A DNA stretch of 59,397 nt from a virus: positions 1 to 59,397 of the IMG/VR virus record IMGVR_UViG_3300005882_000001; one strand, given 5' to 3'. Both the position numbers and the translations under genes were made by a program. Numbering within the stretch: position 1 is the stretch's first letter; the number at the start of each line of letters is the position of its first letter. The notes under the pieces were generated by a model, which was not told the origin of the DNA, did no database searches, and saw only the letters and a program-made list of their open reading frames with translations. Positions 32,423 to 42,700 of the stretch are shown one piece after another.

Positions 32423-32837
32423 TGCCCACCGGACTCCAAGTCGTTAATTTTTTACAGTTGCGCACATCTACATGAGTCCATGTTGGTGTGCCTAACTCTA
32501 AGAACGTTAGATATTTAAACTTATGGTGGTGGTCTAGGAGGTAGGCTTGAACTTCTGGCGCACTCACGTTTTTGAATTTCAAATCCGCGGCACGACCAAG
32601 CGAGTGTTGAGAGTACGGAGAATAGTATTTACTTTCTATTGTCCGAAACCCTGATTCCTTAAACTCGCCGCCCCAGGCCCAATCATTAATTGTGCAGGCG
32701 CCGAACTCTTCACGAAGTTCATCGACTAATATTAATAATCGGTTATCCAATAATTCAATCGCTTTTTCACCACGGTCTGCATAAACGTGGGGTGGGACTA
32801 ACTCTTGAACTGAAAAATGCCTTAGGATGTAAATCAT
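32415..32837 (-). CDS. Endolysin, peptidase M15-type (L-alanyl-D-glutamate or D-Ala-D-Ala peptidase fold)
   Basis: SQHSLGRAADLKF (H..GrA.D) and WTHVDVRN (H.D) are the zinc ligand motifs. The ATG at 32837 forms TAATG with the o-spanin stop; the track start at 32870 is TTG. Confidence 0.8.
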   Translation of the reverse strand: MIYILRHFSVQELVPPHVYADRGEKAIELLDNRLLILVDELREEFGACTINDWAWGGEFKESGFRTIESKYYSPYSQHSLGRAADLKFKNVSAPEVQAYLLDHHHKFKYLTFLELGTPTWTHVDVRNCKKLTTWSPVGNE

Positions 32838-33055
32838 TAGTTGGTATCCTTTACAGATTGCGGGTCGCAAATCGCCTGGTGCCGAGCGTTCGCTTCGACA
32901 ATCTGACGTTTTGTTTCAGCCGACAAAACTTCTATTTCCCAGCTCGCCAACTTAATCATGCGCGTATAACACTTAATCGCGGGTGTGCTTCCGCAACTCT
33001 GCGTCAATAGCATCATCATTAAGATTGTCGACACGGTTAACAGCTTCTTGTACAT
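32837..33055 (-). CDS. o-spanin candidate (outer-membrane lipoprotein)
   Basis: The internal Met gives MYKKLLTVSTILMMMLLTQSCGSTP, a basic N-terminus, hydrophobic core and lipobox-like LTQSC. It is in a different frame from the i-spanin and overlaps it by 83 nt. Confidence 0.5.
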   Translation of the reverse strand: MYKKLLTVSTILMMMLLTQSCGSTPAIKCYTRMIKLASWEIEVLSAETKRQIVEANARHQAICDPQSVKDTN

Positions 33056-33182
33056 GCTTATCCGCCTCTGCATTTCGCTCATGTTGGTCGTTCTCTGCGG
33101 CTTCTTTACCAGACTTACGCCCAGTAAAGAAAGCCATAAGTAAAACGCCAACCGCGGCAAAAAAAGATACCAACCATTTCAT
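32973..33182 (-). CDS. i-spanin candidate
   Basis: MKWLVSFFAAVGVLLMAFFTG forms an N-terminal TM helix, followed by a charged helical region. The gene lies directly after the holin. Confidence 0.5.
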   Translation of the reverse strand: MKWLVSFFAAVGVLLMAFFTGRKSGKEAAENDQHERNAEADKHVQEAVNRVDNLNDDAIDAELRKHTRD

Positions 33183-33184
33183 TA

Positions 33185-33415
33185 CTATGCCTTGTCACGG
33201 GGTTGGATTTTCTTACCGCCCGCGCCAGTCGTTTCCACTTTTTGATTAGCAAAGAACATACCTTTGATTTTCAAAAGAAACGAATGGATTTTGGCCAATA
33301 CTTGGTTGTCTTTGTCTGTTTCAGTCCACTTTGCGAAATACTGCAAAGCACCAACCACAGCTAACAAACCAATAACAATTGAGCCGATTGAGGTCATCAA
33401 AGAATCAGGTTCCAT
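33185..33415 (-). CDS. Holin candidate
   Basis: 76 aa with one TM helix (SIGSIVIGLLAVVGALQYF) and a basic C-terminus. It is the first gene of the lysis cluster. Confidence 0.55.
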   Translation of the reverse strand: MEPDSLMTSIGSIVIGLLAVVGALQYFAKWTETDKDNQVLAKIHSFLLKIKGMFFANQKVETTGAGGKKIQPRDKA

Positions 33416-33417
33416 AA

Positions 33418-33651
33418 CTATTTACCTTTTTTCTTTGCCGGTTTCGTTTCCTCTGTATCTTCCGGCGGATTGTACGAAAGTAAAGATAGCATCTGCCCTA
33501 AAGTCAATTCAGGGTCTTCCGCATCTTTACCAATTTTTTGCTTAACGACATCAACGATTTCACTTACCATACGTTGGTAGTGGTCACGTTCTGCCTGTAA
33601 ATCAAAACAACGAATTTTTAGGTTGTTAATTACTTGTTGGTGGTCATTCAT
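33418..33651 (-). CDS. Hypothetical protein
   Basis: 77-aa ORF with a basic C-terminal tail, PAKKKGK. Confidence 0.6.
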   Translation of the reverse strand: MNDHQQVINNLKIRCFDLQAERDHYQRMVSEIVDVVKQKIGKDAEDPELTLGQMLSLLSYNPPEDTEETKPAKKKGK

Positions 33652-33659
33652 AACAGTCC

Positions 33660-33998
33660 TTACGATAAATACGAAGTTGAAAAATCTGCTTCACAGACAG
33701 TAATCAAATCTTCCGTCGGTTCACTATTTAAAGTGATATTAATCTGCGCATGACCTTCTGGAGTAACAAACTCAATAGGCCGAGCGCCATTGTCTTTTGC
33801 TGTCTGGCTTGTCCAGTATAGTACACCATAACTAATTCGAACAGAAGAATGTTCGCTACTAGCATACTGCCCAGTGCCTAAGTCCAAATTCACGCCTTGT
33901 TGTGAACTGCTCGTCATATTAGCATAGTTAATAGCAAACACAGGGTCGGTGTGAGTTACACCATATCCGTCTATAAAATCACCAGTAAAATTAATCAT
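33660..33998 (-). CDS. Hypothetical protein (possibly tail-associated)
   Basis: 112-aa ORF directly downstream of the fibre genes. Confidence 0.6.
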   Translation of the reverse strand: MINFTGDFIDGYGVTHTDPVFAINYANMTSSSQQGVNLDLGTGQYASSEHSSVRISYGVLYWTSQTAKDNGARPIEFVTPEGHAQINITLNSEPTEDLITVCEADFSTSYLS

Positions 33999-34010
33999 AG
34001 AACTATCCTC

Positions 34011-35243
34011 TTATGGTCCAAAGAACCTAAACGCGTAATGGGCGTCAGCGATGACTTGATAAGCAGTGTTCAGAGTGCTCCGTGCATAAATCCTAACATA
34101 TCCTTTATAAGTACGTTCGGAGTTAGACGGGCATGTAACAGACAAAGTTACCCCTGAATTTGTCACCCAAGTGTTGTTAGTATTACTCATACTAACCCCG
34201 GTGTAAATATTATTCCCAGCGTTCGCTGGGTCTTGATATAAAACATATTTATACTGCATGGCCGTAAATGCGATATTTCCGTAGCCAAGTATAGGGTCTT
34301 GGCTTTGCCCTCGGTTAAAGGCCCAAGACAACATGCCGGTTCTGGAACTTCCTACTGTCGATATAGAATATGTCTGCGGCGATGGTGGTTTGGAATAAAA
34401 CAAAGAATGGTACGCCCCGTAAAATTGACTAATCCTAAGTGAGGAGCCGTTGGTCGATATACTTGAATTTTGTGACAAAGGCGGGACTAATGGCCCGCCT
34501 CGGTAATAAGCACCAAGGTTTTGTGGTACTGACACATAAACTTCATCCCCGCCAAAATGGTCAATAATATCTGATAGTGCGATTGTACCACTTGTGATAC
34601 CTAATGGAATCAATTCACCAGAACCAGGGTTAGCCATTGTTGTAACAACAACTGAATCAGAAACTCCGCCACATGATACTGTACAAGTTTTAGAAGAACT
34701 GTATGCATTATTCGATAACACTTGTACATCAATGTTGTCGTTGTTGTATGCAGTAAAACTCGTCGCCCAACTCCCACCGTTACGACGTATCTGTCCATTA
34801 CTAGATGACATTGTCACACCAGTGTTAATACCTGTTAGTTTAAAACTACCTGCAAATACCCATGTATTTAGCGGAACACCTGAAATGTTTGGACCAATAT
34901 TAAATTGGTCTGGTGTTGTATCAGTAGAACTGTTAATTGTTATACTTAGAAGCTGAGTAGTTCCATAACCAGCGTAAAGCGCAGGTTTATACTGGTTAGT
35001 TAAAGTACCTAAAGGAGCGTTAGTCTTTATATAGCGAGTTCCGGAAGCACCAGGGGCTAGGGTCAAATTAGACGTACTAGTAAAATATGTGCTATTGAAG
35101 CCGGATACTGTTGCTGATGCAGAAGAGTTTGATGCACAAACAAAAGTTATTGAGTCCCCTTGCGCCACAGTAAGTGACGTAGGGGAAATAATTGTCGCAT
35201 TCATATTTGAACGACCGATAACTGATACCGTATGATTAGCCAT
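34011..35243 (-). CDS. Tail fibre or receptor-binding-like protein
   Basis: 410 aa with an S/T/N/G-rich, beta-rich composition. The start overlaps the upstream fibre gene stop. Confidence 0.6.
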   Translation of the reverse strand: MANHTVSVIGRSNMNATIISPTSLTVAQGDSITFVCASNSSASATVSGFNSTYFTSTSNLTLAPGASGTRYIKTNAPLGTLTNQYKPALYAGYGTTQLLSITINSSTDTTPDQFNIGPNISGVPLNTWVFAGSFKLTGINTGVTMSSSNGQIRRNGGSWATSFTAYNNDNIDVQVLSNNAYSSSKTCTVSCGGVSDSVVVTTMANPGSGELIPLGITSGTIALSDIIDHFGGDEVYVSVPQNLGAYYRGGPLVPPLSQNSSISTNGSSLRISQFYGAYHSLFYSKPPSPQTYSISTVGSSRTGMLSWAFNRGQSQDPILGYGNIAFTAMQYKYVLYQDPANAGNNIYTGVSMSNTNNTWVTNSGVTLSVTCPSNSERTYKGYVRIYARSTLNTAYQVIADAHYAFRFFGP

Positions 35244-38073
35244 TCAACCGCTCCTTAATTTCATCAACTTGGTCTTTCAAGTCTTTGATTGCCTCAATCA
35301 ATAAACCAAGCATCGCAGAATTTGAAACCTGCTTCAATCCATCTGGCGCCTCATGTACCCCTTCAGGTAATACTTTTTCGAAGTCTTGTGCAATATAACC
35401 AGCCTCGCGGCGGTTACTGCCGTCTTTCATGAACGTATATCCGGTTAGTTCGCAAACTTTACTAAGTCCATTTTCAATACGCCCAAGGTCAGATTTAGTT
35501 CTTATATCTGATGTGTTTACGTGGTCTTCGGCGTAACATTTACCCTCAACATCTAAATATGCTTTAAGGCCTGCACTTTGGGTATTTGTCGGCGCTCGTT
35601 CAATATGTAAACCGAAAGGCGCGCGGTTTGAATCATATGAGTTAGACCTAATTTGTACGTCTTGATTATCCCCTGTTCTAAACTCAAGCCTTGGTTGACT
35701 GCCAGAAGCCTGACTACCGGCCATAGTTTCAATAATCATTCTAGATAAACCAGACGCTTTTGCATGGATATACCCACATGCTTCTAGTCTAGAACTTAGA
35801 AACATACCATCTATGCCTATGGCGGAACATAGCCTATTATTTCTATAGATATAAAGTCCTTCTGAAGCAATTACGTTTACATTAGGGTGTGTCTGTCTAA
35901 TCCAACTCAAACCATAAGAAGCTGGAGTATAGTTCTGACCGTATCCAGTACCTTGCCATGCTGCACCAATAGCCCAAATATTAGCACCCCATGTGCCAGA
36001 GCCAGGTGAGCTTTCATTATACCCACCATGTAATCCTCGGCGAACTTCGATACCATCAGCGCTATCAACACGTATTTTTCCTGAACTATAAATACCATTA
36101 GTAGGTACAAGGCTTCTATCAGCGTAACTATTGCTTACTAGTAATTCATTAGTATTAATTGGTAAAGCGGCACTCCCATTTAAGAAACTAAATGCTGTCC
36201 TACCATTGGAATTAATACTGCTTGCTTCTAAAGCAGCACCACCGACTACAGCGAAACCACCATCTGAAAATATTCTTTTATTAAAATAGAAATAAGGCCT
36301 ATCTGTATAGATATGTGCATATGATGCATTTGCAGGACCAAAATCTATGTATCCGTTAGTAGTGCTATGCCTTAAACCACCCCAAGTGTTAACTGAAGCA
36401 TTAGTAATATCAGCCCAAGTATGAGTATGTCCACTCGGCGGGAACGTCGATGGTTTGTTTGTAATATCCGCCCAATCAGTATTAACCGTAACACCATCAC
36501 TACTTACCACAGTTTCGTTCGCTGTTATCGAAATCACTGAGTTCGATGGATATTGCGATGATAGTGCAGTAACTTCAATAGTATAAGTCGTTGTTCCAGC
36601 AGGTGGAGTAAACGTAATCGTATTTTGATAGGCAATCTGCCCACGATAAACACGCGTCGTTCCCGGCTCACCGCCGTTTATATCATACACGGTGCCGGTA
36701 ACGGTATGCGTTGTTTGACCGTTAGGTAACGTTAAATAAGTAGCACCTGACTTAATACGATAAGTAATCGACGGAGGAGCCACTGTCGAAGGACCGCCGC
36801 CATCAATATTAATCACAATCGAGTTTTGTGTGCTACCCGCTGAGGTGAAACTTGGCGAAGCCGTTGACCCAAGTCCTGCGCTAAAGTTACGTGTCGCAGT
36901 TACTTGGCCACCGGTAGTGATTGCGTTCGGGTCGCGGCGTACTAAAGTGTTCCAAAGCGCTGGGTCAATGTGATGGTCTTTAATTGTCGCCGATGGCAGA
37001 CTTAATGCCGCAATTACAGTAAGCGTATCTAAAACAGCGCCGCCACCTGTTAATTTTTCTGCGGTAAGTTTACGAATCCGAGCGTCATCAATAAAGGTCA
37101 CACCGTTTTCGACAATAAACGGGATGTTACCGGCGCTTGCTGTGCTGTCGTTGTAGCTGTTTAAGAACGCAACACGGTCGGCAGATAAATAAATCTGCGT
37201 CCCAGAAGTCGAACCGGCGATTAAACCAATACCCGCAACCCGGCCATCGGCCTGTACTTTCAGCGTAAGTTCCGATGTGATGTTATTAATATCACTAGTA
37301 TTTGTCGAAATACTTAATTCCGCTGCGGCTACTTTATCAATCAACCCCGTATTCGGGTCATATACAGAGGACTGAAGTTGTGTGATACTCGACGCCTGAT
37401 TAGACGTTGTTGTATTTAGCGTACTTATTTGTGATTCATGGCTAGCAATCAAGTCGATTTCTGCTTGCAACGCCTGCACAAACTTATCTTTGGTAATTTG
37501 TTCAGTCAATTCTTCAAGCAAACGCGATGGGTTATAATCAATAGTTACTAATGTACCCGTAGTAGAACTTATTGGCCCTAATCGCCCGTCTTGTCCTAAA
37601 TGTCGGACCCAATAAACATAAGTGGCACCCGGCGTTACCAAATCAGAATATTGAGGCGCTGGTGTAACACCAACTTCAGTTGCGTCTGTGAATGCCGCAG
37701 GCGTTCCATTTATGTTACCGGAAGCATCAGTTTCCACTCGATAAATAATACTAAGCGCATGGTTTGCAGTTTGGCTGGGTTGGTCCCATCGCAAAAGTGC
37801 ATATTCCAAGCCGACATCAATTGCCAGTCCAGTAACACCCGGCGGGATTGGTAAACCTGGGCCGTCGTTTATTGTCGATTGCACGAGTTGCTGAACAACT
37901 TTCACACCCTCGCCTTGCTGTAAGTCGCGAAAAGTTACCGCCCGGTCAAGTTTATTGCCACGAGAACCTTGGAATACTTCAACAATTTCAGCGATGCTTT
38001 CGATTGCACGACGAGTTTGCGCATCAATACCAGCGCCAGCGCGCATAACAGCGGACTTGTGGCGTTTTGTCAT
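35236..38073 (-). CDS. Tail fibre or spike with a C-terminal intramolecular chaperone (peptidase S74-like) domain
   Basis: The C-terminus reads SDIRTKSDLGRIENGLSKVCELTGYTFMKDGSNRREAGYIAQDFEKVLPEGV...MLGLLIEAIKDLKDQVDEIKERL. An FN3-like segment (YALLRWDQPS...YVYWVRH) and coiled-coil stretches are also present. Confidence 0.8.
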   Translation of the reverse strand: MTKRHKSAVMRAGAGIDAQTRRAIESIAEIVEVFQGSRGNKLDRAVTFRDLQQGEGVKVVQQLVQSTINDGPGLPIPPGVTGLAIDVGLEYALLRWDQPSQTANHALSIIYRVETDASGNINGTPAAFTDATEVGVTPAPQYSDLVTPGATYVYWVRHLGQDGRLGPISSTTGTLVTIDYNPSRLLEELTEQITKDKFVQALQAEIDLIASHESQISTLNTTTSNQASSITQLQSSVYDPNTGLIDKVAAAELSISTNTSDINNITSELTLKVQADGRVAGIGLIAGSTSGTQIYLSADRVAFLNSYNDSTASAGNIPFIVENGVTFIDDARIRKLTAEKLTGGGAVLDTLTVIAALSLPSATIKDHHIDPALWNTLVRRDPNAITTGGQVTATRNFSAGLGSTASPSFTSAGSTQNSIVINIDGGGPSTVAPPSITYRIKSGATYLTLPNGQTTHTVTGTVYDINGGEPGTTRVYRGQIAYQNTITFTPPAGTTTYTIEVTALSSQYPSNSVISITANETVVSSDGVTVNTDWADITNKPSTFPPSGHTHTWADITNASVNTWGGLRHSTTNGYIDFGPANASYAHIYTDRPYFYFNKRIFSDGGFAVVGGAALEASSINSNGRTAFSFLNGSAALPINTNELLVSNSYADRSLVPTNGIYSSGKIRVDSADGIEVRRGLHGGYNESSPGSGTWGANIWAIGAAWQGTGYGQNYTPASYGLSWIRQTHPNVNVIASEGLYIYRNNRLCSAIGIDGMFLSSRLEACGYIHAKASGLSRMIIETMAGSQASGSQPRLEFRTGDNQDVQIRSNSYDSNRAPFGLHIERAPTNTQSAGLKAYLDVEGKCYAEDHVNTSDIRTKSDLGRIENGLSKVCELTGYTFMKDGSNRREAGYIAQDFEKVLPEGVHEAPDGLKQVSNSAMLGLLIEAIKDLKDQVDEIKERLNG

Positions 38074-39764
38074 TATTCGATTTCCTCAAAAGTCTGCGCC
38101 AATGTAATGTCATAAACAATATTAGCAGTATCTATTTGATATTCCCATTCACACGCAAGGAAACCGCTCTGCAAATATTGTGCATATCGACTCGTTATTT
38201 GGATGGTTTGAGGATATTCATTGCCAAAAAAATCATACGCAGTAAGCGTCACTGTTACTGGGTAAGCATCCGCTGTTACCTGTATCAGTCCAAAATTAAT
38301 TTCCTGTGGCAATTTATGCCGACGTGATTTCCACTGAAGCGCTAACCGCGGGGCTTCGGGGTCAACCTTTACTAGTTCAAATTGGCCACTCGATGGAATG
38401 TCGCGAAGTAAATATAAACTATCACGTTTTGTGTCTGAATACCCACCGCAAATATCACCCCATTCAACCCACGACCAAGCGTTTTTGCCGCCGCGAATAT
38501 CGAAGATAAATCCGCCGAGGTTACAAAAGCCGACATAAGAGCCCTCAAAGTAATAGCCTTCGATACTTTCTGGCTCGAGTTCCAGCCATTCATCTTTTGT
38601 AAACAACTCTTCGGTAACTACGTTAACTGAAGTGCCGTTGACTACGCACATACCATCTGGTGATGCGTACATAATGGCGCCATCGACATTCACAATCGAG
38701 CGCTTTGAAACACAGGCTTGGTTTGAATTAAGCGGCGCGACTGTCATTGATGCTGGCGAATTGCCATAGGCAATATGCGGAGTGCCTGTTGTACCGATAA
38801 ACAGACCCTCGCCCATTACTGCGATACCAACAATGGTATATTTTTTTATCGCTGTTCGATAGTCGACCGGCCAAGCATGAAATACACCTTGTTCGGAAAA
38901 ACAAACTTCGTTGGCAGTGACCCCCGCTAAGAAGTTGTTTGGCATTGCCACAAGCGAGTGCAAAGGGCCGCCGATATTTATTGCTGTATTAGTATCGGGG
39001 GCTGGGTCCCAAGTAATTGATGGAATTTCTTCCCCCAAATCTTCACTATCGACATTGTCAACGAACGTCGTTGCGCCAAGTGGGGTTTCGCCAACGTATT
39101 GAAAAACACCGCCGGTCGTGCCTGAGTTAGTGCGATAGATTCGTTTTTTCGAAGCAGCGCCAAAATTAAAATCGCCGGTTGGTAGCGCAGGAAAAGATAG
39201 GCTGACATCCTGATGCTCAGGGTAATACTCCACCGTATTTGATGGTGAACATGGCTGTGACTCTCGCCCCCAGTCATCAACTAATGTATACACATAAGTC
39301 GAACGGATTAAATCAAGGTCACTAGTTTCTGCCCCGCCCGGCACAACACCTGTTACTGTTGCTACAACCCCATCCGGTGCAGTGGGTAAATTTAAATCAT
39401 ACCCAGGACCACCTGGGTATGGCGTATTTACGTCAATCATATCGTTGCGTAGTATCTTTGGGTTTGAGATACCATCGACAATAATCAAATACTTGAACGG
39501 GTCGTAGGCCAATGGCGCTTCGACAAAGTCAGTGTCGCGTAGCGAAAACAACCAATAAGTATCTTCGTATAAAAATACAGAACCTTTTATCGGGTTGTTT
39601 GAAATCAATGGCACATTGGTAGTAGTCAATGTAAGCCCATAAAAAGGCTCAAGTTGACGTCGGTCAAAACGCACATTCGTCGCAATTTGCGCCATAGTTT
39701 CTGGCAAATTACGTGGGTGGACTTTAGGTGCCACCCCGCTGAATTCTGTCTGTCGAATGCGCAT
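38073..39764 (-). CDS. Tail structural protein
   Basis: GGAAGGAA lies before the ATG at 39764; the track start at 39782 is TTG. 563 aa, lying between the giant virion protein and the fibres. Confidence 0.65.
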   Translation of the reverse strand: MRIRQTEFSGVAPKVHPRNLPETMAQIATNVRFDRRQLEPFYGLTLTTTNVPLISNNPIKGSVFLYEDTYWLFSLRDTDFVEAPLAYDPFKYLIIVDGISNPKILRNDMIDVNTPYPGGPGYDLNLPTAPDGVVATVTGVVPGGAETSDLDLIRSTYVYTLVDDWGRESQPCSPSNTVEYYPEHQDVSLSFPALPTGDFNFGAASKKRIYRTNSGTTGGVFQYVGETPLGATTFVDNVDSEDLGEEIPSITWDPAPDTNTAINIGGPLHSLVAMPNNFLAGVTANEVCFSEQGVFHAWPVDYRTAIKKYTIVGIAVMGEGLFIGTTGTPHIAYGNSPASMTVAPLNSNQACVSKRSIVNVDGAIMYASPDGMCVVNGTSVNVVTEELFTKDEWLELEPESIEGYYFEGSYVGFCNLGGFIFDIRGGKNAWSWVEWGDICGGYSDTKRDSLYLLRDIPSSGQFELVKVDPEAPRLALQWKSRRHKLPQEINFGLIQVTADAYPVTVTLTAYDFFGNEYPQTIQITSRYAQYLQSGFLACEWEYQIDTANIVYDITLAQTFEEIE

Positions 39765-39769
39765 GATAT

Positions 39770-42700
39770 TTATTCCTTCCAAAAATCATAATTGATTCCA
39801 AATATACTACCATTTAATTGATTATGCACTGGAATTCCACGCTTAACCCCCGCCGCGAAACCATCACTTAAGAATGTTTCCGCATGCCCAGCAGTTGGGC
39901 CAAGCAAACTAATCACTCCAGAATTACCGCGTTCGGTCGCATCAAACATGCCTTGGACTAAATTCAATGGCCCAAGTCCCCCGGCGCGGTCGAATAATTC
40001 ATAAGTGTAGCTTATCATATCCTCGTCGTCGGTCGGGTCTTCTTCGAAACCATATTTTATTGTTTCACGTAGACTTAACCCTAATGCAGCCAACGGTAAT
40101 AAGGATATGGAAGCCAACACAGTGGGGGCGGCGATTTCAAGTGGATTTCCAGTTTCAATTGCTCGAGAACGCATTTCACGATAGATACCACCCATAATAT
40201 TATGAGCAAACGCCCAGAAGAATGATTTTAATTGCCATACCAATTGGAAGCGCATATCGTTCGCCCATACCGGGCGTTGCCCTGCATCTGGACGCAATAC
40301 CGATTCCGTTACAAATTGGTCAAGCGCATCAAGCACTTTAACAATTGTTCTTGAATTTGGGTCTTTGGCCGACATGGATACCGGCTCGCCGAGTGATTCC
40401 CATAAGGCGACATCTGCGGCTTCAAGACCCAATTCACGTAAATAGCGTTCAGAACGTTTGTCACCGTTGCCTGCTTTGCGTGCATGTTCGCGGATAAAAT
40501 CTTTACCCATACCCATCGCAACAACTCGCGTCATCCGCGTGAATTGCTCAAGACCAGTAAAGCGGAAAAATGTTTCATTCCATTTTTGAACTTTCGGGTC
40601 CATGTACATTTCACCATACTGGCTTTGGATAATCGACACAATCGCGTCATGCTGCGCTAAGCCCATGATACGAGCTTGTTCCGCTAGCGTGTGGTACTGG
40701 CTAATATTCTTCAGCATATTTTTTACGTTCTTCGCAAAACTGCTAAAGTCTTTTGTCCGTACTAAGATATTACCGAAATCTGAAATACTAGCCGGTACAG
40801 CGAACAACAGCGTTGTGTAGTACTGAAGCGATACTAAATATTGCTGGAACTTCCGAGCCGTCGGGTTCATGTCGAGACCAGAACGACCAAGAATCGCATC
40901 CATCGCTTTACGCAATCGACGGCGGTCTTCTGGTTTATCCACAGACTCCATGACTTCTTCAAAGCGGCCCATCGGGTCCCAGAACTTAGGCGCTTCTGGT
41001 TTGTTATCCAGAAGTTTGCTTACTACATTTTCAAGAATTTTTATCTTGTTCTTGATGCGGCCTTTATCGCCGGCTTTCGCGTTTGCTAATTCTTTCTCTG
41101 CTGCTTTTACCGCATCCTTAGCACCCGCCAGGCTTTCTTCCCAGTCAGCTTTTTTCTTCTCGTATTTCTTTTTCAAGTCTTGCACGGTAGCAAAAAACTC
41201 TGGGTCAACATGACGGCCCTCAGCGCGGTCATTCATTAGTTTGTTGAATAACACATCAATAGCGCGGTAACCACCCATGCGTGATTCAAGCTCAGCACGT
41301 TTGGTGCCTTGTTTGATGTACTTGAACAAACGCGCGCTAGGTGCTTCCATAAACTGTTCAAGCTCACTATCTGGAATATCACGCAGCATCCGGCTATATT
41401 TCTGTGCCAATCCTACGGTTTGGATATTCGAGACAGCGAACGTGTGGTCAGCGTCCATACCATCGTTTTCAACAACATGTTTATAGAACGCTTCAATATA
41501 TTTATCCGCTTGTGCTTGAGTCAGTGGATTACCGTTTTTATCCTTTAGATATTTACGAATCAAATCGGTAAATTCTGCTTTGCCCTCAGCCGACATCAAC
41601 GTGTCCATTTTAAATACACGTGGTAAACGATACCCTGGTGTATTGCCCAAGCGCCCGCCCATACGAGAATTTAAATACGCCCAGAATTCGTCCATTTGTT
41701 TTTTAAACTCTGGATGAATTGTTTTTGGGTTAACTACATTGTCGACTAACCAAGCGTCCCAAGTTTTTGGGTCTTTCGGCAACAGTGAACTGAACACGTG
41801 TGTCCAACGTGCGCCCCAATGCTCTTTCGCATCTAAATAGCCTTGTTTGGCTGAGCGCTCTTCGCCGAGTTTTTCCCGCTTCACATAAGTCCAAGCCCGC
41901 GGCCCTTTGGTTTTTTCAAAACTTGGTGCTTTACTACCCGCCGGAATAGCACGCTCGGCTTTGAAGAAGTTGCCGTTGTGATAAACAATGTCGCCTTTGC
42001 CGTATGAATTTTTCGAGTTCCATACGCGTTTGATGGGGCGGTGCAAAACCTGGACGCTGGCGTCGTTAGATTGCGAACGTGTTTTTATTTGATTCGCAAA
42101 CTCATCGCCAACCAGGTTACGGAATTCAGTGTCAGTAAACCCGCCATAAGTATTAATGGTTTCGAAAAACTTAAACTTACCGTTACGGCGTTTTAACCGA
42201 TGCGCTTGTACTTTCATTTTACGCACAAGTTTATTGGCATCTGAAGCAAAACCCGCGCCTTGGCCGGTCATATTTTTATGCGTATCATAGCCAAAGTAAT
42301 GAGGCGCGCGAAACTTATTCTGTGCGATTACTGTACGCATGAACCGATTGAAACGGGCATTGGTGCGGAATCGCTCATTAAGCCCGTCGGTTAATGCATC
42401 GAACAATTCACGTAAGCGGGCGACCACACGCTCAAAAACAGGGTATGTTTTTTCCGCAAGACCGCCCGTGTCGGCTCTCTTAGATTTGTTTTCGATAAAC
42501 TGTTTAAATCTTTCCAGCTCACCCTCTTTTGCGAGGTTAAAGACAGGTACACCTTTGCGGGACGCCATATCTATTGCTTGGCCTGTACCACCCGTTTTTA
42601 TACTACGCTCGCTTGAAGTAGTTGCACCATCACGAGTCCAAGTCAATACAAAATCGACAGGGCTTTTTAAGTCACGTCCGAAGACTTGGTTAGTATTACG

